From assembly GCA_963977015.1 (NCBI GenBank), contig CAXBMO010000006.1:64001-128000 (forward strand): 64,000 bases of DNA. Reading direction: 5' to 3'. This DNA comes from an uncultured bacterium (GTDB taxonomy: Bacteria; Verrucomicrobiota; Verrucomicrobiia; Verrucomicrobiales; DEV007). Position 1 is the stretch's first letter. The number at the start of each line of letters is the position of its first letter. Below the pieces are notes generated by a model. The model did not search any database. It was not told the origin of the DNA and worked only from the letters and a program-made list of their open reading frames with translations. Below, piece after piece: positions 11,301 through 21,458 of the stretch. Both the position numbers and the translations under genes were made by a program.

Positions 11301-12626
11301 GCCGCGTTCATCCGCCCACGACAAGGTCGTCCATTGATTCTGCTCCGCCTCGGGATCTGATTGAACGTGAATCCATTGCAGTTGCTCCGCCAACATTCGG
11401 TCGGCGGAATCGTAGAGCACGGTTCGGAGGGAATAGGTCACGGGATCGCTTTGCCATCCCGGCACGTCCAGTTCCCCCGCGTTGGCCGGCGCCGTGGCAA
11501 AACGAACGAGATTGCGATCGGCATCATACAATTCCGCTTCGACTCGCCAGGCCGATTGACCCGGCTCAGCGAAGGGCTTCCAGGTCAGCGGGATCGGTTC
11601 TCCGCGCGGCAGGGAACCGGAGATTTCGTCCACCTCAAAAGCAATCGCTTCGCCCAGTTCGAGCCGCAGCGATCCCACGACTTGCCGTTTCCCCTGCGCA
11701 TCGCTTTTCTCCCAAAAAAGATCCACCGCCCCGATGGCCGGAATTTCCAAGGGCCATTTTTCTCCCGAAGCCAACAGTTGGCCGCTCGAGACCGATCGAA
11801 CCTGAGCCGAAAAGTGATCGCCCAAGCCCGCGAGGCTCACCTTTTCGCCCGATACCGTGGCCGTCACTTCGGGAATTGGGGGTTGGTTCCCTGCGGCGTG
11901 ACGGAGAATCCGGTGGGCCAGGACATACGCCGTTTCCCGGGCGACTTCCGGCGAATCCCAGGGGAGGATTTTTGGGAAGAACGCGTTGAAGCGCACCAGC
12001 GCCCGGTCAAACGGGCGAGCCATCACGATCCGGCCTTTTCCTTCGTTGAACGCACTGACATTGAACGAATCGCGAAACTTTCCCGGAAAAATCGGTTCCA
12101 GGTTCAGGCCCTTCGCGACGGATTCGGTGATGTCTTCCACTGCACTGGTGAGCGGTGATTCATCGTCGCTCAACTCCTTCCATTCCCGCTCCACCGAGTT
12201 GCGGGTAAACACCACCAGCCGCCCTCCCTGGCGAACCCAGTCGCGAACCAGTTCCGTGCCTTTTGGTCCCAGGTCCTCCCATGGTTTCGAGGCACTGACG
12301 ACCAGCAAATCGGGATTCTCGGCCAGATCGGCGGCGAACTGATCGAGATCAAAGACATTCTTGTAAGCACTGCTCCCGCGCAACGTGCGGACTTTTTTCA
12401 CCGCCAGGTCAAAGCGCTGACCCAGTTCGTCCGGCTCGCGGCGGGCGAGGTCGTTCACCAGAAAAAGGGCGTTGAGTGTGCCGTTTGCGTCTTGCTTCTT
12501 TTCGATCCAATGAGGGGTGACGATCGTTTCGACATAGGCCGCGGGTTCGGCAGATTGCACCGGGCTGACGATCAAAAATCCGAGACAGAGTCCGACGAAC
12601 AGGTCAGCAATAGGGGTTGATTGCAT
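8382..12626 (-). CDS. Large secreted multidomain protein, possible glycoside hydrolase (beta-galactosidase-trimerisation-like region)
   Basis: 1414-aa ORF with signal peptide; central TIM-barrel-like segment ('GYSFADEP'); 'HAYDVRRG' motif; function inferred. Confidence 0.55.
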   Translation of the reverse strand: MQSTPIADLFVGLCLGFLIVSPVQSAEPAAYVETIVTPHWIEKKQDANGTLNALFLVNDLARREPDELGQRFDLAVKKVRTLRGSSAYKNVFDLDQFAADLAENPDLLVVSASKPWEDLGPKGTELVRDWVRQGGRLVVFTRNSVEREWKELSDDESPLTSAVEDITESVAKGLNLEPIFPGKFRDSFNVSAFNEGKGRIVMARPFDRALVRFNAFFPKILPWDSPEVARETAYVLAHRILRHAAGNQPPIPEVTATVSGEKVSLAGLGDHFSAQVRSVSSGQLLASGEKWPLEIPAIGAVDLFWEKSDAQGKRQVVGSLRLELGEAIAFEVDEISGSLPRGEPIPLTWKPFAEPGQSAWRVEAELYDADRNLVRFATAPANAGELDVPGWQSDPVTYSLRTVLYDSADRMLAEQLQWIHVQSDPEAEQNQWTTLSWADERGDLPERWRGHRHRELGLNAIAPIGRNVAANSWASASGLRLVPTNVFVPKNRFNEKKFDEAQSKEWFREMSTELEPLSVLGYSFADEPPADVLLPWLEKGEAILRKANPGARAGYCGVFPGAHSPELMKRSGYLGLYSPKHLYNLDIWLGVERDIYRSFRSPDSIVTIWTHYAPWADHEPYSRTVPWVWLFDEMDGVGYFKSTGMMFGCLDGDLRSTHETRWWSEEIKELNAGVAEQVKRMDRDRGEIAILFGQDIKAVEPWARAFNRLSIPYRFVDVDTDLAADVQLLICVDPLVVDEKLVRFAQSGRTVIGGGGLASAQTAESAVAFASVFGFSPDKLVADADSDYRGIRSSIQLGETILEGLTVGECLPAGTVSWQTLGDENSAVPDSLKTLADSAGAIHATETKATYLALKPDAESIAKWVPDLIASAGIASPGHRIFKPDTRGEIEDRVYLATFSDGVGELVGIVPDYMRLPAVDQVREIAANAKDNEDSPQKQQQIYFQHGKNRWDGLPTRLVFGKRTHAYDVRRGSYLGEREEQTLTVNPGHPKLIALLPYGPPELRLQGPKKVRPGERFAYHLTLNASGQPLARHVIRMTATGANGREIPHTADNLYLEDGEVKGAFVIPHGQSPGDHTVSVRDILTGVSTSVELEILPALAQPTRALAAYEFRVERTPVDWPEGEWEPIPEAAAELDQEPAFTSVKKLQRKAIHYGNYNGKEHLISGFKIGNGLREYEMKYLVCCDSSLFDPGPPQMVHGLNGSGLGMNKPRGHLWYYNSYLKLYLGEGEDQEMALSYELAKIEDRSNGDIGAVRLEWVTPTATVWLDYMMIPGHEGLFQKLTLKPHAGKSITHTSVNFSSYPAGFGNGGKVFLEEAQEHREWLLMGDAIRDRDFYETGKGSAGLLVQPEEWSEINYSSRPILKANRPEDQAHQPWQLHWVTWMFPERGNAAAKAYMRTNSEETSRLLSEIFSGE

Positions 12627-12704
12627 TCGGGCACGAAAGCCAGAATTGAAACAATCAAAAGAGAATGTTCAACGCAATTCGGATGGAAGGCCCGGTCAAT
12701 CGCC

Positions 12705-13538
12705 CTAACCGAACTTCCCGCTGATGTACTCTTCGGTCTGTTTTTCTTTGGGAGCGGTGAAGAGATCCTTGGTCATGCCGAACTCAATGAGATTGCCCAG
12801 ATAGAAAAATGCCGTGCGATCCGAGACGCGGGTTGCCTGCTGCATGTTGTGGGTGACGATCACAATCGTGAACTCTTCTTTCAGCTTGAGCATCAAGTCC
12901 TCGATCTTGAGTGTCGCAATTGGATCCAGGGCGGCGCAGGGCTCATCCATGAGAAGAATCTGAGGCCGATTGGCAATGGCCCGGGCAATACAGAGGCGTT
13001 GTTGTTGGCCGCCGGAAAGACCGTAGGCGCTTTCGTGAAGTTTATCCTTCACTTCATCCCAGAGCGCCGCGCCCTTCAGACTGCGCTCCACGACTTCATC
13101 CAACTGGTCGGGGTCGTTCCGACCGGCGACCCGCAAGCTGAAGACGATGTTCTCGTAGATCGTTTTCGGGAAGGGATTGTATTTCTGAAAGACCATCCCG
13201 ACGCGCTTGCGCAGGGATATGACCTCCACTTTGGGGTCATAGAGGCTCTGCCCATCAATGCGAATATCTCCCTGGTGCCGGATGCCATCGACCAAGTCGT
13301 TCATGCGGTTCAGGTTGCGGAGAAGCGTCGTCTTTCCGCAACCTGAAGGTCCGATGAAGGCCGAAATCTCCCGCTCCGGAATGGCCATGTTTACATTCTT
13401 GATCGCATGGTTTTCTCCATACCAGAAATTGAACTGATCGACTTCAATAAACGAAGGGTTGTCTTCAGGAGTATCCATGTTCACTACTTGGGAATCGCTA
13501 ATTGTACTAGAAGTCACGGTTGATATCTCCAAACTCAA
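12705..13538 (-). CDS. pstB: Phosphate ABC transporter ATP-binding protein
   Basis: [31 protein letters not shown], 'EYISGKFG'; alternative ATG start at 13478. Confidence 0.95.
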   Translation of the reverse strand: MSLEISTVTSSTISDSQVVNMDTPEDNPSFIEVDQFNFWYGENHAIKNVNMAIPEREISAFIGPSGCGKTTLLRNLNRMNDLVDGIRHQGDIRIDGQSLYDPKVEVISLRKRVGMVFQKYNPFPKTIYENIVFSLRVAGRNDPDQLDEVVERSLKGAALWDEVKDKLHESAYGLSGGQQQRLCIARAIANRPQILLMDEPCAALDPIATLKIEDLMLKLKEEFTIVIVTHNMQQATRVSDRTAFFYLGNLIEFGMTKDLFTAPKEKQTEEYISGKFG

Positions 13539-15433
13539 AAGGCGCTCGCTTGATATTTTTTCTGCAGCTTGCTGCGAATCCGGATCGCGAACAGATTCAT
13601 CACCACCACCAACAGGATCAACAAAAGGGTCGTTGCAAAGACCATGGGTTTTGCCGCTTCCGAATCCGGGGATTGAAAGCCGAGATCATAGATGTGAAAC
13701 CCCAGGTGCATGAACTTGCGCTCGGCGTGAACGAAGGGCGCTTCGAAGTCGAGCGGGAGCGACGGAGCAAGCTTCACCACACCGGTAATCATGAGCGGTG
13801 CCACTTCTCCCGCGCCCCGGGCCATTGCCAGGATGACGCCGGTCATGACGCCGGGGAGTGCGCTGGGCAAGACGACGCGCTGGATCATCTGCCACTTTGA
13901 CGCGCCACAAGCCAGAGCGGCTTCCCTGACTCCACGCGGGACGGCGGCAAGCGCTTCCTCGGTGGCGACAATCACAACCGGAAGGGTCATCAGGGACAGA
14001 GTCAACGATGCCCATAATATACCTCCTGTTCCGAAGGTGGGGGTGGGCAACGCGTTCGAAAAGAATCCATCGAAGTAGGGATTACCGACCAGGGTCATGA
14101 TCCCGAACAACACTCCCAAGGTCGCCAGAACGGGTTTGGCAATCCGCGTGATCTTGGCGCGTTCGGCCGACTGAAGCGGGCTCCCCGTTTGGATTGACAG
14201 ATAGACAGCGCTGAGCGTGCAGCCAATGAACCCAATTCCCGTTAAGAACCACCAAACCGGAGGCATGGGATATTCCGGTCCGCCATCGATAAACGAACCT
14301 ACGCCATAGACAAAGAATCCCAATCCAAAGACGCCAAAGACGATGGAGGGAACACCGGCGAGGTTGTTGACACAAATTCGAACGATTCGAACCAGCATAC
14401 CCTGCTTGGCATATTCGCGCAGGTAGATGGCGGCTATCACTCCAAAGGGCGTCACCATGACCGCCATGAGGATGGTCATGACAAACGTACCAAAAATGGC
14501 CGGAAAGATACCACCTTCGGTATTAGCCTCCCGGGGCTCGGCCGTGATGAATTCCTTAATGTGGTGGAGAAATACCCCGATCTTGCCAAACAACCCGAGT
14601 TGGTTGGCATAATAGAAGTGGACCAGATCACCGACCGGCTGCGTTCTCACCTCACCCGAGGCCAGGCGATACTCCAGGACCACGAGCTTTTGCTCCTCCC
14701 GAAGCTCTCTGGCCTTCGCGGCAAGCTCTTGATAGACTTCCTGTTCGTTGGCAATTTTCTCCCGAAGCGTGGCAACCTTCTTTTCGGTTTCCTCGGGTTT
14801 CGCGGAGCTTTTCTCCAATCCCCTGATCTTGAGTTCTGCGGAGCGGATTCGGGAGTTTACGTTGCCGATTTCCTTCTTCTCGATGTGCAGGATTTTCGCC
14901 CGCCGGGCGTTCGCTTCTTTAACGAGTTTTCTCAGATGCCGTTTGAAACCGTCGCCCTCTTTTTTCAGCACTTCGCCGTCCTTCAGAGTCAACGAAACCG
15001 GGTAGAAAATGGAATCCCCATACTCCATTCTTTCTGCCACAATGATGTCTTCTGGTTGTTCCTTGGACTTGACTGACTTGGAGTCAAAATAGCGGAACGC
15101 CATCCCGTAGGCATCCTTGTTGCCAATGAAGAACTGCATCTCTTCGATCACATCCTCGGAGCCGGCATTTCTCCGGGTTTGGGTCTTGATCAGTTCACCG
15201 GCAAGCTTGGATCGCTCACCGCTCTCCGAAGCCAACTCAACTTCGTAAACCGGCTTGGGCCAGAAGACGGAAATACCGTTGTAGGTAATCAGTGAAAGCA
15301 GGCCCAGGACCATCAACAGGCCGATGCTTAAGCCGGCGGCGCTCAGCCAAACCTTGACTTCACCTTTGGTGCGCGCGGTGGGGATTCCGTCCGTGTTGCG
15401 GGTTTCCGTCATAGGGTTCTCAGTTTCAGCCAT
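13535..15433 (-). CDS. pstA: Phosphate ABC transporter permease PstA (long form)
   Basis: '[18 protein letters not shown]', '[11 protein letters not shown]', '[10 protein letters not shown]'; large N-terminal coiled-coil periplasmic region. Confidence 0.93.
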   Translation of the reverse strand: MAETENPMTETRNTDGIPTARTKGEVKVWLSAAGLSIGLLMVLGLLSLITYNGISVFWPKPVYEVELASESGERSKLAGELIKTQTRRNAGSEDVIEEMQFFIGNKDAYGMAFRYFDSKSVKSKEQPEDIIVAERMEYGDSIFYPVSLTLKDGEVLKKEGDGFKRHLRKLVKEANARRAKILHIEKKEIGNVNSRIRSAELKIRGLEKSSAKPEETEKKVATLREKIANEQEVYQELAAKARELREEQKLVVLEYRLASGEVRTQPVGDLVHFYYANQLGLFGKIGVFLHHIKEFITAEPREANTEGGIFPAIFGTFVMTILMAVMVTPFGVIAAIYLREYAKQGMLVRIVRICVNNLAGVPSIVFGVFGLGFFVYGVGSFIDGGPEYPMPPVWWFLTGIGFIGCTLSAVYLSIQTGSPLQSAERAKITRIAKPVLATLGVLFGIMTLVGNPYFDGFFSNALPTPTFGTGGILWASLTLSLMTLPVVIVATEEALAAVPRGVREAALACGASKWQMIQRVVLPSALPGVMTGVILAMARGAGEVAPLMITGVVKLAPSLPLDFEAPFVHAERKFMHLGFHIYDLGFQSPDSEAAKPMVFATTLLLILLVVVMNLFAIRIRSKLQKKYQASAF

Positions 15434-15454
15434 GGCGATATTCTAGTGAGCGAG

Positions 15455-17824
15455 TTAGACGATTTTGAACTTTTCCCGGAGATGCTGACGGAGGATTTCC
15501 GCCACGGTGTTGAGGAGGAACGTCATGATGAAGAGAACCATTGCTCCAAGGAACAGGGTTCGATAGTGAGTGGAATGAACGGGGGCTTCGGGCAACTCCA
15601 CCGCAATGTTGGCGGAGAGCGTGCGCATCCCATTGAAGATGTTCCAGTGATCCGCAATCGGGAACTTGCCGTTGCCCAATCCCATTTCCCCAAAGAGCAA
15701 TCTGCCGGCCTCATCCATGATCGGCGTATTTCCGGTCGCCATCACCACAATCATGGTTTCACCTACGGCGCGGCCAAAGCCAATCATCAGAGCCGAAAAG
15801 ATTCCGGCGGCGGCAATCGGGATCACGATGGTTCGCACCACCTGCCAGCGCGAGGCACCAAGAGCGTCCGCCGCTGAGGTGATGGAAGGCGGAACGTTGG
15901 CCAACGCGTCTTCGGCAATGGTAAAGATCACCGGGATGACCGCGAAGCCCATGATGAATCCGACCACCAGGCAGTTTCGTTGATCGTAAGGCAAGCCGGT
16001 GAACTGAGGCCACCACAAGCGGAAGTCGGCCAGCTGAGTTCCGTCCGGCATGGTAGCGACAAAGAACATCCGCTCGAGAACCGGACCTAAGTTCCAGCCC
16101 AGCAGAGAGACCAGTAGAACGACCGGAATCAGAATCGCGAACTCCAAGCCCGAAGGGATACGATTGCGATGGCGAACCGGAAGGATACTCCAGACATAGC
16201 CAATGACGCCGATGGAGAGGGGCAGTAAGATGATGACGGCAAGAATGGATGGCACCCGGCTTTCGATCAGAGGGGCCAACCAGAGAGCAGCAAGGAATCC
16301 CAAAACGACCGACGGAAGTGATGCCATGATCTCCATCAGAGGTTTGACGACCTTTTTGACCCGATTGTGGGCGAAGTGCGAAACGTAGACGGCGGCAAAC
16401 AAGGCGATCGGCACCGCAAAGAGCATGGCGTAGAAGGTTCCTTTGAGGGAGCCGATGATCAAGGGAACCAAGGAAAGCTTGGGCTCAAAATCATCCGATC
16501 CTCCCGTCGATTGCCAGACGTGGCGGGGCCGGTTCGAGCCTTCGTACCAAACCTTCCCGAAGAATGCACTCCATCCGGCCTCGGGATGATGGTCGTCGAC
16601 CTCGTAAAGATGAACCTTTCCGGCCGCATCGAGAAAACCCAGATGATGCCCCTTGGCGTCGATGGCGACCGAGATGGGTTCAAACGGAAGTTTCATGCGT
16701 TTCCGCACGGCCGCGGAGGTGGCATAGCAAATCATGAATTCGTCGCGATTCGCGACCAGGAAGGACTTGTTCCGCTGGCTGGCGACGAAGAGTTCGACAT
16801 CGTCCTTGAGCGAAGGGAATTCCTTGGTCATCCCATAAAGCCGTTTGTTCTCTCCTTCTGGGATGAACAGGCTATACATCCGGAGATGACCGGTGTTGCT
16901 GGAGACAATTACGGATACATCGCCAAGGAGGTAATCCATATTGGTGACCGTTTCGGACTTGTCCTCAAACGGTTGAAACTTCTGGCGCACCACCCAGGCG
17001 TCCGGTTCGTGAAAGAGATAGATAATTTCATTGTCCTCGGTCAGGACGAGAATGCTGTCTGCGGTGCCCGCAGCCAAGACCGAGCGGGGCTTGGCTCCGT
17101 CCAGGAGTGTGGTAAGATCTTCGATCCCGTCCAATGTTGTCGCACCACCGCCCAAAAGGGAGCGTTTCTGTTTGAGGGTGATCACGGACAGTTTCGAATC
17201 GCTGCTCCCGTGCAACGCGACAAACAACTTTTCGCGTCCGTTGTCTGCGTAATCGAGAGCGGAAACGACTCCGGGTTCCGTCTCGCTCACCGGGAAGAAA
17301 TCGCCGGTCTCCACCTCGGCGGAAACCACGCGTTGATCGTTTTCATTAAGCGTGGAGGAATACTCCACGGTCACGAATCCCACCTGGCCATCTTGGGTTC
17401 CCACCAGGATTCGTTGATTTCGCGCATCATAATCATAGGCGGAAATCGCGGCGCCATCCTGCAGTTCCAGGGATTCGCTATAGATCTGTTGGTCGCCATG
17501 GATGGGAAAGAAGCGAATTGTATCATTCCCATCGAAGGTGAAGGGAAGTTCCGACCACTCATCCAAACCCACGATTTCCGAGGAAGTCTGAAAGTCGATG
17601 GATTCCGACTCTTCTACGGATGCCTTCTTAAACAGTGGCAAAATTTCACCCATGATAAAGGCGAAGATTCCGAAGACGGCGACGATGATTCCCATTCCTC
17701 CGAACACAATCGCCGAAGTCATGAACCGGTCGAAATAGAGCGTGGACTTGGCAACCGTAAACCGTTCCGGAACCGGCTTGCGGGCGGGTGAATCGCCAGG
17801 GCTATCGTTGGAAGTCTTCGACAT
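15455..17824 (-). CDS. pstC: Phosphate ABC transporter permease PstC (long form with beta-rich periplasmic domain)
   Basis: 'MEIMASLPSVVLG', 'GRAVGETMIV', 'TLSANIAVELPEA'. Confidence 0.93.
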   Translation of the reverse strand: MSKTSNDSPGDSPARKPVPERFTVAKSTLYFDRFMTSAIVFGGMGIIVAVFGIFAFIMGEILPLFKKASVEESESIDFQTSSEIVGLDEWSELPFTFDGNDTIRFFPIHGDQQIYSESLELQDGAAISAYDYDARNQRILVGTQDGQVGFVTVEYSSTLNENDQRVVSAEVETGDFFPVSETEPGVVSALDYADNGREKLFVALHGSSDSKLSVITLKQKRSLLGGGATTLDGIEDLTTLLDGAKPRSVLAAGTADSILVLTEDNEIIYLFHEPDAWVVRQKFQPFEDKSETVTNMDYLLGDVSVIVSSNTGHLRMYSLFIPEGENKRLYGMTKEFPSLKDDVELFVASQRNKSFLVANRDEFMICYATSAAVRKRMKLPFEPISVAIDAKGHHLGFLDAAGKVHLYEVDDHHPEAGWSAFFGKVWYEGSNRPRHVWQSTGGSDDFEPKLSLVPLIIGSLKGTFYAMLFAVPIALFAAVYVSHFAHNRVKKVVKPLMEIMASLPSVVLGFLAALWLAPLIESRVPSILAVIILLPLSIGVIGYVWSILPVRHRNRIPSGLEFAILIPVVLLVSLLGWNLGPVLERMFFVATMPDGTQLADFRLWWPQFTGLPYDQRNCLVVGFIMGFAVIPVIFTIAEDALANVPPSITSAADALGASRWQVVRTIVIPIAAAGIFSALMIGFGRAVGETMIVVMATGNTPIMDEAGRLLFGEMGLGNGKFPIADHWNIFNGMRTLSANIAVELPEAPVHSTHYRTLFLGAMVLFIMTFLLNTVAEILRQHLREKFKIV

Positions 17825-17864
17825 GGGAATCTGGGAGGATTGAAACGGGAAGTCTCGAAAGTTA

Positions 17865-17892
17865 GGTCCGGGGCCATGCTTGACCCCGGACC
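17865..17892. promoter_or_regulatory. Intergenic stem-loop between pstS and pstC (mRNA-stabilising/attenuating hairpin)
   Basis: GGTCCGGGG-N10-CCCCGGACC perfect 9-bp stem. Confidence 0.55.
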
Positions 17893-17947
17893 AATCTCAC
17901 ATTGCGACAGGAACCCGATGAAACGTTCCTGGCGCCACACATTCGTT

Positions 17948-18898
17948 TTACTTGCCGATTTGCTTCAGGACATCTTTGGCCACTGATGCAGGCATGGAAA
18001 AATAACCATCTTTCTCAACCACCTGTTGACCTTCTGTTGCCAGGACAAAGGCGAGGAATTCCTTGGTGAGAAGATCCATTTCCTGGCCCGGCTTATTGTT
18101 CACGTAGACGTAGAGGAAACGTGCCAGAGGATATTCGCCAGAGATGCAATTTTCAGCAATTGCTTCGACAAACTTCCCTTTGCTTTCGCCCAGAGGAACG
18201 GCGCGAACGCCGGAGGTGATGTATCCGATCCCGGAGTATCCGAGAGCATATTGATCCGAGGAAACACCCTGAACAACGGCAGAAGAACCAGGCTGCTCTT
18301 TAACGGCATCGCTGTAGTCTCCTTTACCCAAGGCAACTTTCTTGAAGAAGCCGTAGGTTCCGGAAGCGCTGTTGCGGCCGTAGAGAGAGATCGTGCGACC
18401 CTTCCAGGCATCCATTCCAACTTGACCCCAATCGGTGATGGCGGAGGGAGCACCGAGCTTTCTCGTGGAAGAGAAAATGGCGTCCACTTCCTGCATGGTC
18501 AATCCTTTGATGGGATTGTCCTTGTGTGCGAACACGGCCAGGGCATCGATGGCGACTTTGATTTCAGTCGGCTTGTATCCAAACTTTGCTTCGAAGGCAT
18601 CCAGCTCTTCTTGCTTCATTTGACGGCTCATTGGCCCAAGCTGGGCTGTTCCTTCGATCAAGGCTGGAGGAGCCGTTGATGATCCCTTACCTTCGATCTG
18701 GATGTTTACGTTAGGATACTTGGCTTTGAATCCTTCCGCCCACAACGTCATCAAGTTGTTGAGAGTGTCAGAACCAATGGAGTTAAGGTTGCCAGCTACT
18801 CCACTGACGGTCTTATAGGGTTTGAGTTTGGGGTCAATCTCGGCATGGGCGCTTCCAAGAACGCAAAGGGCCGAGAGCAGACATAATACCTTTTTCAT
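17948..18898 (-). CDS. pstS: Phosphate ABC transporter substrate-binding protein
   Basis: Signal peptide; 'GSDTL', 'GSSTA', 'GRNSASGTYGFF', 'YPLARFLY'. Confidence 0.95.
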   Translation of the reverse strand: MKKVLCLLSALCVLGSAHAEIDPKLKPYKTVSGVAGNLNSIGSDTLNNLMTLWAEGFKAKYPNVNIQIEGKGSSTAPPALIEGTAQLGPMSRQMKQEELDAFEAKFGYKPTEIKVAIDALAVFAHKDNPIKGLTMQEVDAIFSSTRKLGAPSAITDWGQVGMDAWKGRTISLYGRNSASGTYGFFKKVALGKGDYSDAVKEQPGSSAVVQGVSSDQYALGYSGIGYITSGVRAVPLGESKGKFVEAIAENCISGEYPLARFLYVYVNNKPGQEMDLLTKEFLAFVLATEGQQVVEKDGYFSMPASVAKDVLKQIGK

Positions 18899-19117
18899 AT
18901 TTAGATGGATTTTGGTTTGAGGTGAGATCCAAGCTGTAGCGCCTGAATTCGCGTATTAATGCACGTAAGTGGATATTCTTGCAAGTGCATATTAAGGTGT
19001 GCTACGGGGCGATTTTGTAACACAAAATGTGCACTGCCTTGTTGGTGGGAATGGCAGGCGTCGACGATCCAGGTTTCGCCGCTCTGAGGTGCTGCCGGGT
19101 CTTGCCTTGCCTGATCT

Positions 19118-19987
19118 CTATCCGAATCTTCCGGAAAGATATTCTTCAGTCGTCGACTCCTTGGGATTACGGAACATCTCTCCTGTATCTCCAACCTCGA
19201 TAAGCTTCCCAAGATAGAAGAAGGCGGTTACCTGAGAAACTCGCGATGCCTGTTGGAGGTTATGAGTGACGATGACGATGGTATATTTGCTGCGAAGGCT
19301 GCTAATGAGATCTTCCACCTTGGCCGTGGCAATCGGATCCAGGGCCGAACAGGGTTCATCCATGAGGAGCACCTTGGGCTTCACCGCAATCGCCCGGGCA
19401 ATGCACAACCGTTGCTGTTGGCCTCCGGAAAGTCCAAAGGCGCTGTCATCCAATCGATCTTTCACTTCGTCCCAAAGCGCAGCGCCCTTCAGGCTTTCCT
19501 CGACGACTTCGTCCAGCACATCGCGGCTTTGTTCGCCGGCAATGCGCAAACCGTAGGCAACGTTCTCATAGATGCTTCGGGGAAATGGGTTGGATTTTTG
19601 GAAAACCATCCCGACATCACGACGCAATACGACCGGATTAACTTCCGGTGAATGAACGTCCATTCCGTCCAGCTCGATTCGTCCGCGGCTGATGTGTGCT
19701 CCATCGACTTTGTCGTTCATCCGGTTGAAGCACCGCAAGAGTGTCGATTTTCCACACCCTGAAGGTCCGATGAAAGCCGTGACTTCGCCGCGCTCGATCG
19801 TCAGGTTGATCCCCTCAAGCGCCACCTTCTCACCGTAAGAAAACTCCACATCATCCATCTTGATCGCCGGTCCCGTGGTGGGGGGCACCTGCGCCCTGGG
19901 TTGGGTTGCTTCCGCAGGGGAAGTGGTAACCGATTGGCTGTTCTTGGGTTGAGTGTTCGCTATCATGAAATCAGCCTCTGTATGCAT
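19118..19987 (-). CDS. pstB: Second phosphate ABC transporter ATP-binding protein
   Basis: [32 protein letters not shown], 'EYLSGRFG'. Confidence 0.95.
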   Translation of the reverse strand: MHTEADFMIANTQPKNSQSVTTSPAEATQPRAQVPPTTGPAIKMDDVEFSYGEKVALEGINLTIERGEVTAFIGPSGCGKSTLLRCFNRMNDKVDGAHISRGRIELDGMDVHSPEVNPVVLRRDVGMVFQKSNPFPRSIYENVAYGLRIAGEQSRDVLDEVVEESLKGAALWDEVKDRLDDSAFGLSGGQQQRLCIARAIAVKPKVLLMDEPCSALDPIATAKVEDLISSLRSKYTIVIVTHNLQQASRVSQVTAFFYLGKLIEVGDTGEMFRNPKESTTEEYLSGRFG

Positions 19988-20133
19988 GCATTTGCATATC
20001 CAGAAAAGTGAATTCCCCGGGGCTTGTGTGACGATTTAGTTGCAATTCGATCCGGTGACGGCCCAAATTGGGCGGGTAATGGGTTGTCAGCGCACTCGTT
20101 TTAAGGTGAATTACCCAGGTAACATTCCCAAAA

Positions 20134-20496
20134 ATGGGTGAAGATCCGCGAAATAAATACGTTGTTGTTTACAAGTGTCTCGGCGACCTCACGCGTCTGA
20201 GGATTCTCAATTTGTTGAATCAGAAGCCCTTGTGCGTCTCCCACTTGCAGGGCATTCTGGAAGTTCCGCAGACGAAGATGACCAAGCAGCTCCAGTATTT
20301 GAAGCGGCATGAGCTAATCGAGTCCGCGAGAAACGGGACGTGGACCATCTACTACATTCCGGAGTCGCCGAACGACGTGCTCAGGTTCAACCTGGAGCGG
20401 CTGGAAGAGCTGATTTTTCGAGATCCGGTCTTTGTCCGGGATCTCGAACGACTGGACGCCACCGACACCTCGGCGGCGGCTCTGCCCGAGGGGTGA
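20134..20496 (+). CDS. ArsR/SmtB family transcriptional regulator
   Basis: 'YKCLGDLTRLRILNLL...PLCVSHL...KQLQYLK...RNGTWTIY' winged-HTH pattern. Confidence 0.85.
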   Translation: MGEDPRNKYVVVYKCLGDLTRLRILNLLNQKPLCVSHLQGILEVPQTKMTKQLQYLKRHELIESARNGTWTIYYIPESPNDVLRFNLERLEELIFRDPVFVRDLERLDATDTSAAALPEG

Positions 20497-20617
20497 GGCA
20501 GTTCTTCGAGAGTGGTGTCAGTGAATTTCGTGAGCTGAACACATCGCGGGGTCGGGTTTCAGCGCCCCTGAAGGCTTAACCCATCAAAAACTCACCAAAA
20601 GCTGCTTGCAATGCCTT

Positions 20618-20641
20618 ATAGTTCAAGTTTTCTGGAACTAT
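20618..20641. promoter_or_regulatory. Putative ArsR operator overlapping the start codon of the arsR-arsC fusion
   Basis: ATAGTTCAAG-TTTT-CTGGAACTAT, 10-4-10 inverted repeat with one mismatch. Confidence 0.6.
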
Positions 20642-21443
20642 GGAATTAACGCAAGCCGCCCAAGTCCTGAGTTCGTTGGGCAGTGAGTCCCGACTCCGAA
20701 TCTTTCAGGTGCTTTCCGAGTCTGGTCAGGATGGGATTTCGGCGGGCGAGTTGGCTGACAGAGTGGCGATGCCTGCCAATACGCTATCGTTCCATTTGAA
20801 AGAGTTGGTGACCGCCAACCTTGCGCGTTCGCAACGAGCCGGGCGATCCATTTTCTATTTCATCGATCCACTTGGAGTCTCTGCGTTGCTGCAATTTTTG
20901 AGTGTCGATTGTTGTTTTGGCAATCCGAGCGCATGCCTGCCCATTCAACTTGCTTCATCACTGGACGCGAATGCCGCGGTCCCTCCCACGAAGGTCCTGT
21001 TTGTTTGTAATCATAACGCGGCTCGCAGCCAGATGGCGGAAGGACTCTTGCGTTATTATGCAGGCGATCGGTTCACGGTATATAGCGCGGGATTTCAACC
21101 CAGGTCGGTTGATGAACGAGCCATCCAGGTCATGGACGAGATTGGCATTGATATCAGCAAACAGTTCAGCAAGTCCCTTCATGATATCATGTCACTCACC
21201 ACGGTTGAGCATGTCATCGTTGTCTGTCGTTCCAGCGAGGAACACTGCCCACAACTCTATCCCTTTGCGAAACAGCATTCCCGTTGGGTCGTGGAACCAC
21301 CAACGGCGACCAAACGTGAATCAGATGAGGGGATTCTGGAGAATTTTCGAAGAGTCCGTGATGTCTTGGAACGCGAAGTGAAGTCATGGCTCATCTCGAT
21401 CAACAAAGCAGACAATCACCTCCCACAGTCAAAGATTTCCTAA
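20640..21443 (+). CDS. ArsR regulator fused to LMW-PTPase-type arsenate reductase (ArsR-ArsC)
   Basis: N-terminal HTH ('NTLSFHLKEL') ending in CCFGNPSAC; C-terminal P-loop CNHNAARSQMAEG and VVCRSSEEHCP. Confidence 0.88.
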   Translation: MELTQAAQVLSSLGSESRLRIFQVLSESGQDGISAGELADRVAMPANTLSFHLKELVTANLARSQRAGRSIFYFIDPLGVSALLQFLSVDCCFGNPSACLPIQLASSLDANAAVPPTKVLFVCNHNAARSQMAEGLLRYYAGDRFTVYSAGFQPRSVDERAIQVMDEIGIDISKQFSKSLHDIMSLTTVEHVIVVCRSSEEHCPQLYPFAKQHSRWVVEPPTATKRESDEGILENFRRVRDVLEREVKSWLISINKADNHLPQSKIS

Positions 21444-21458
21444 CCTAGCCAAAATCCT

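Noticed and set aside
19988-20133. Canonical Pho box
   Set aside because: Only weak half-site matches (e.g. TTGCAAC-TAAA-TCGTCAC on the minus strand); not enough to call
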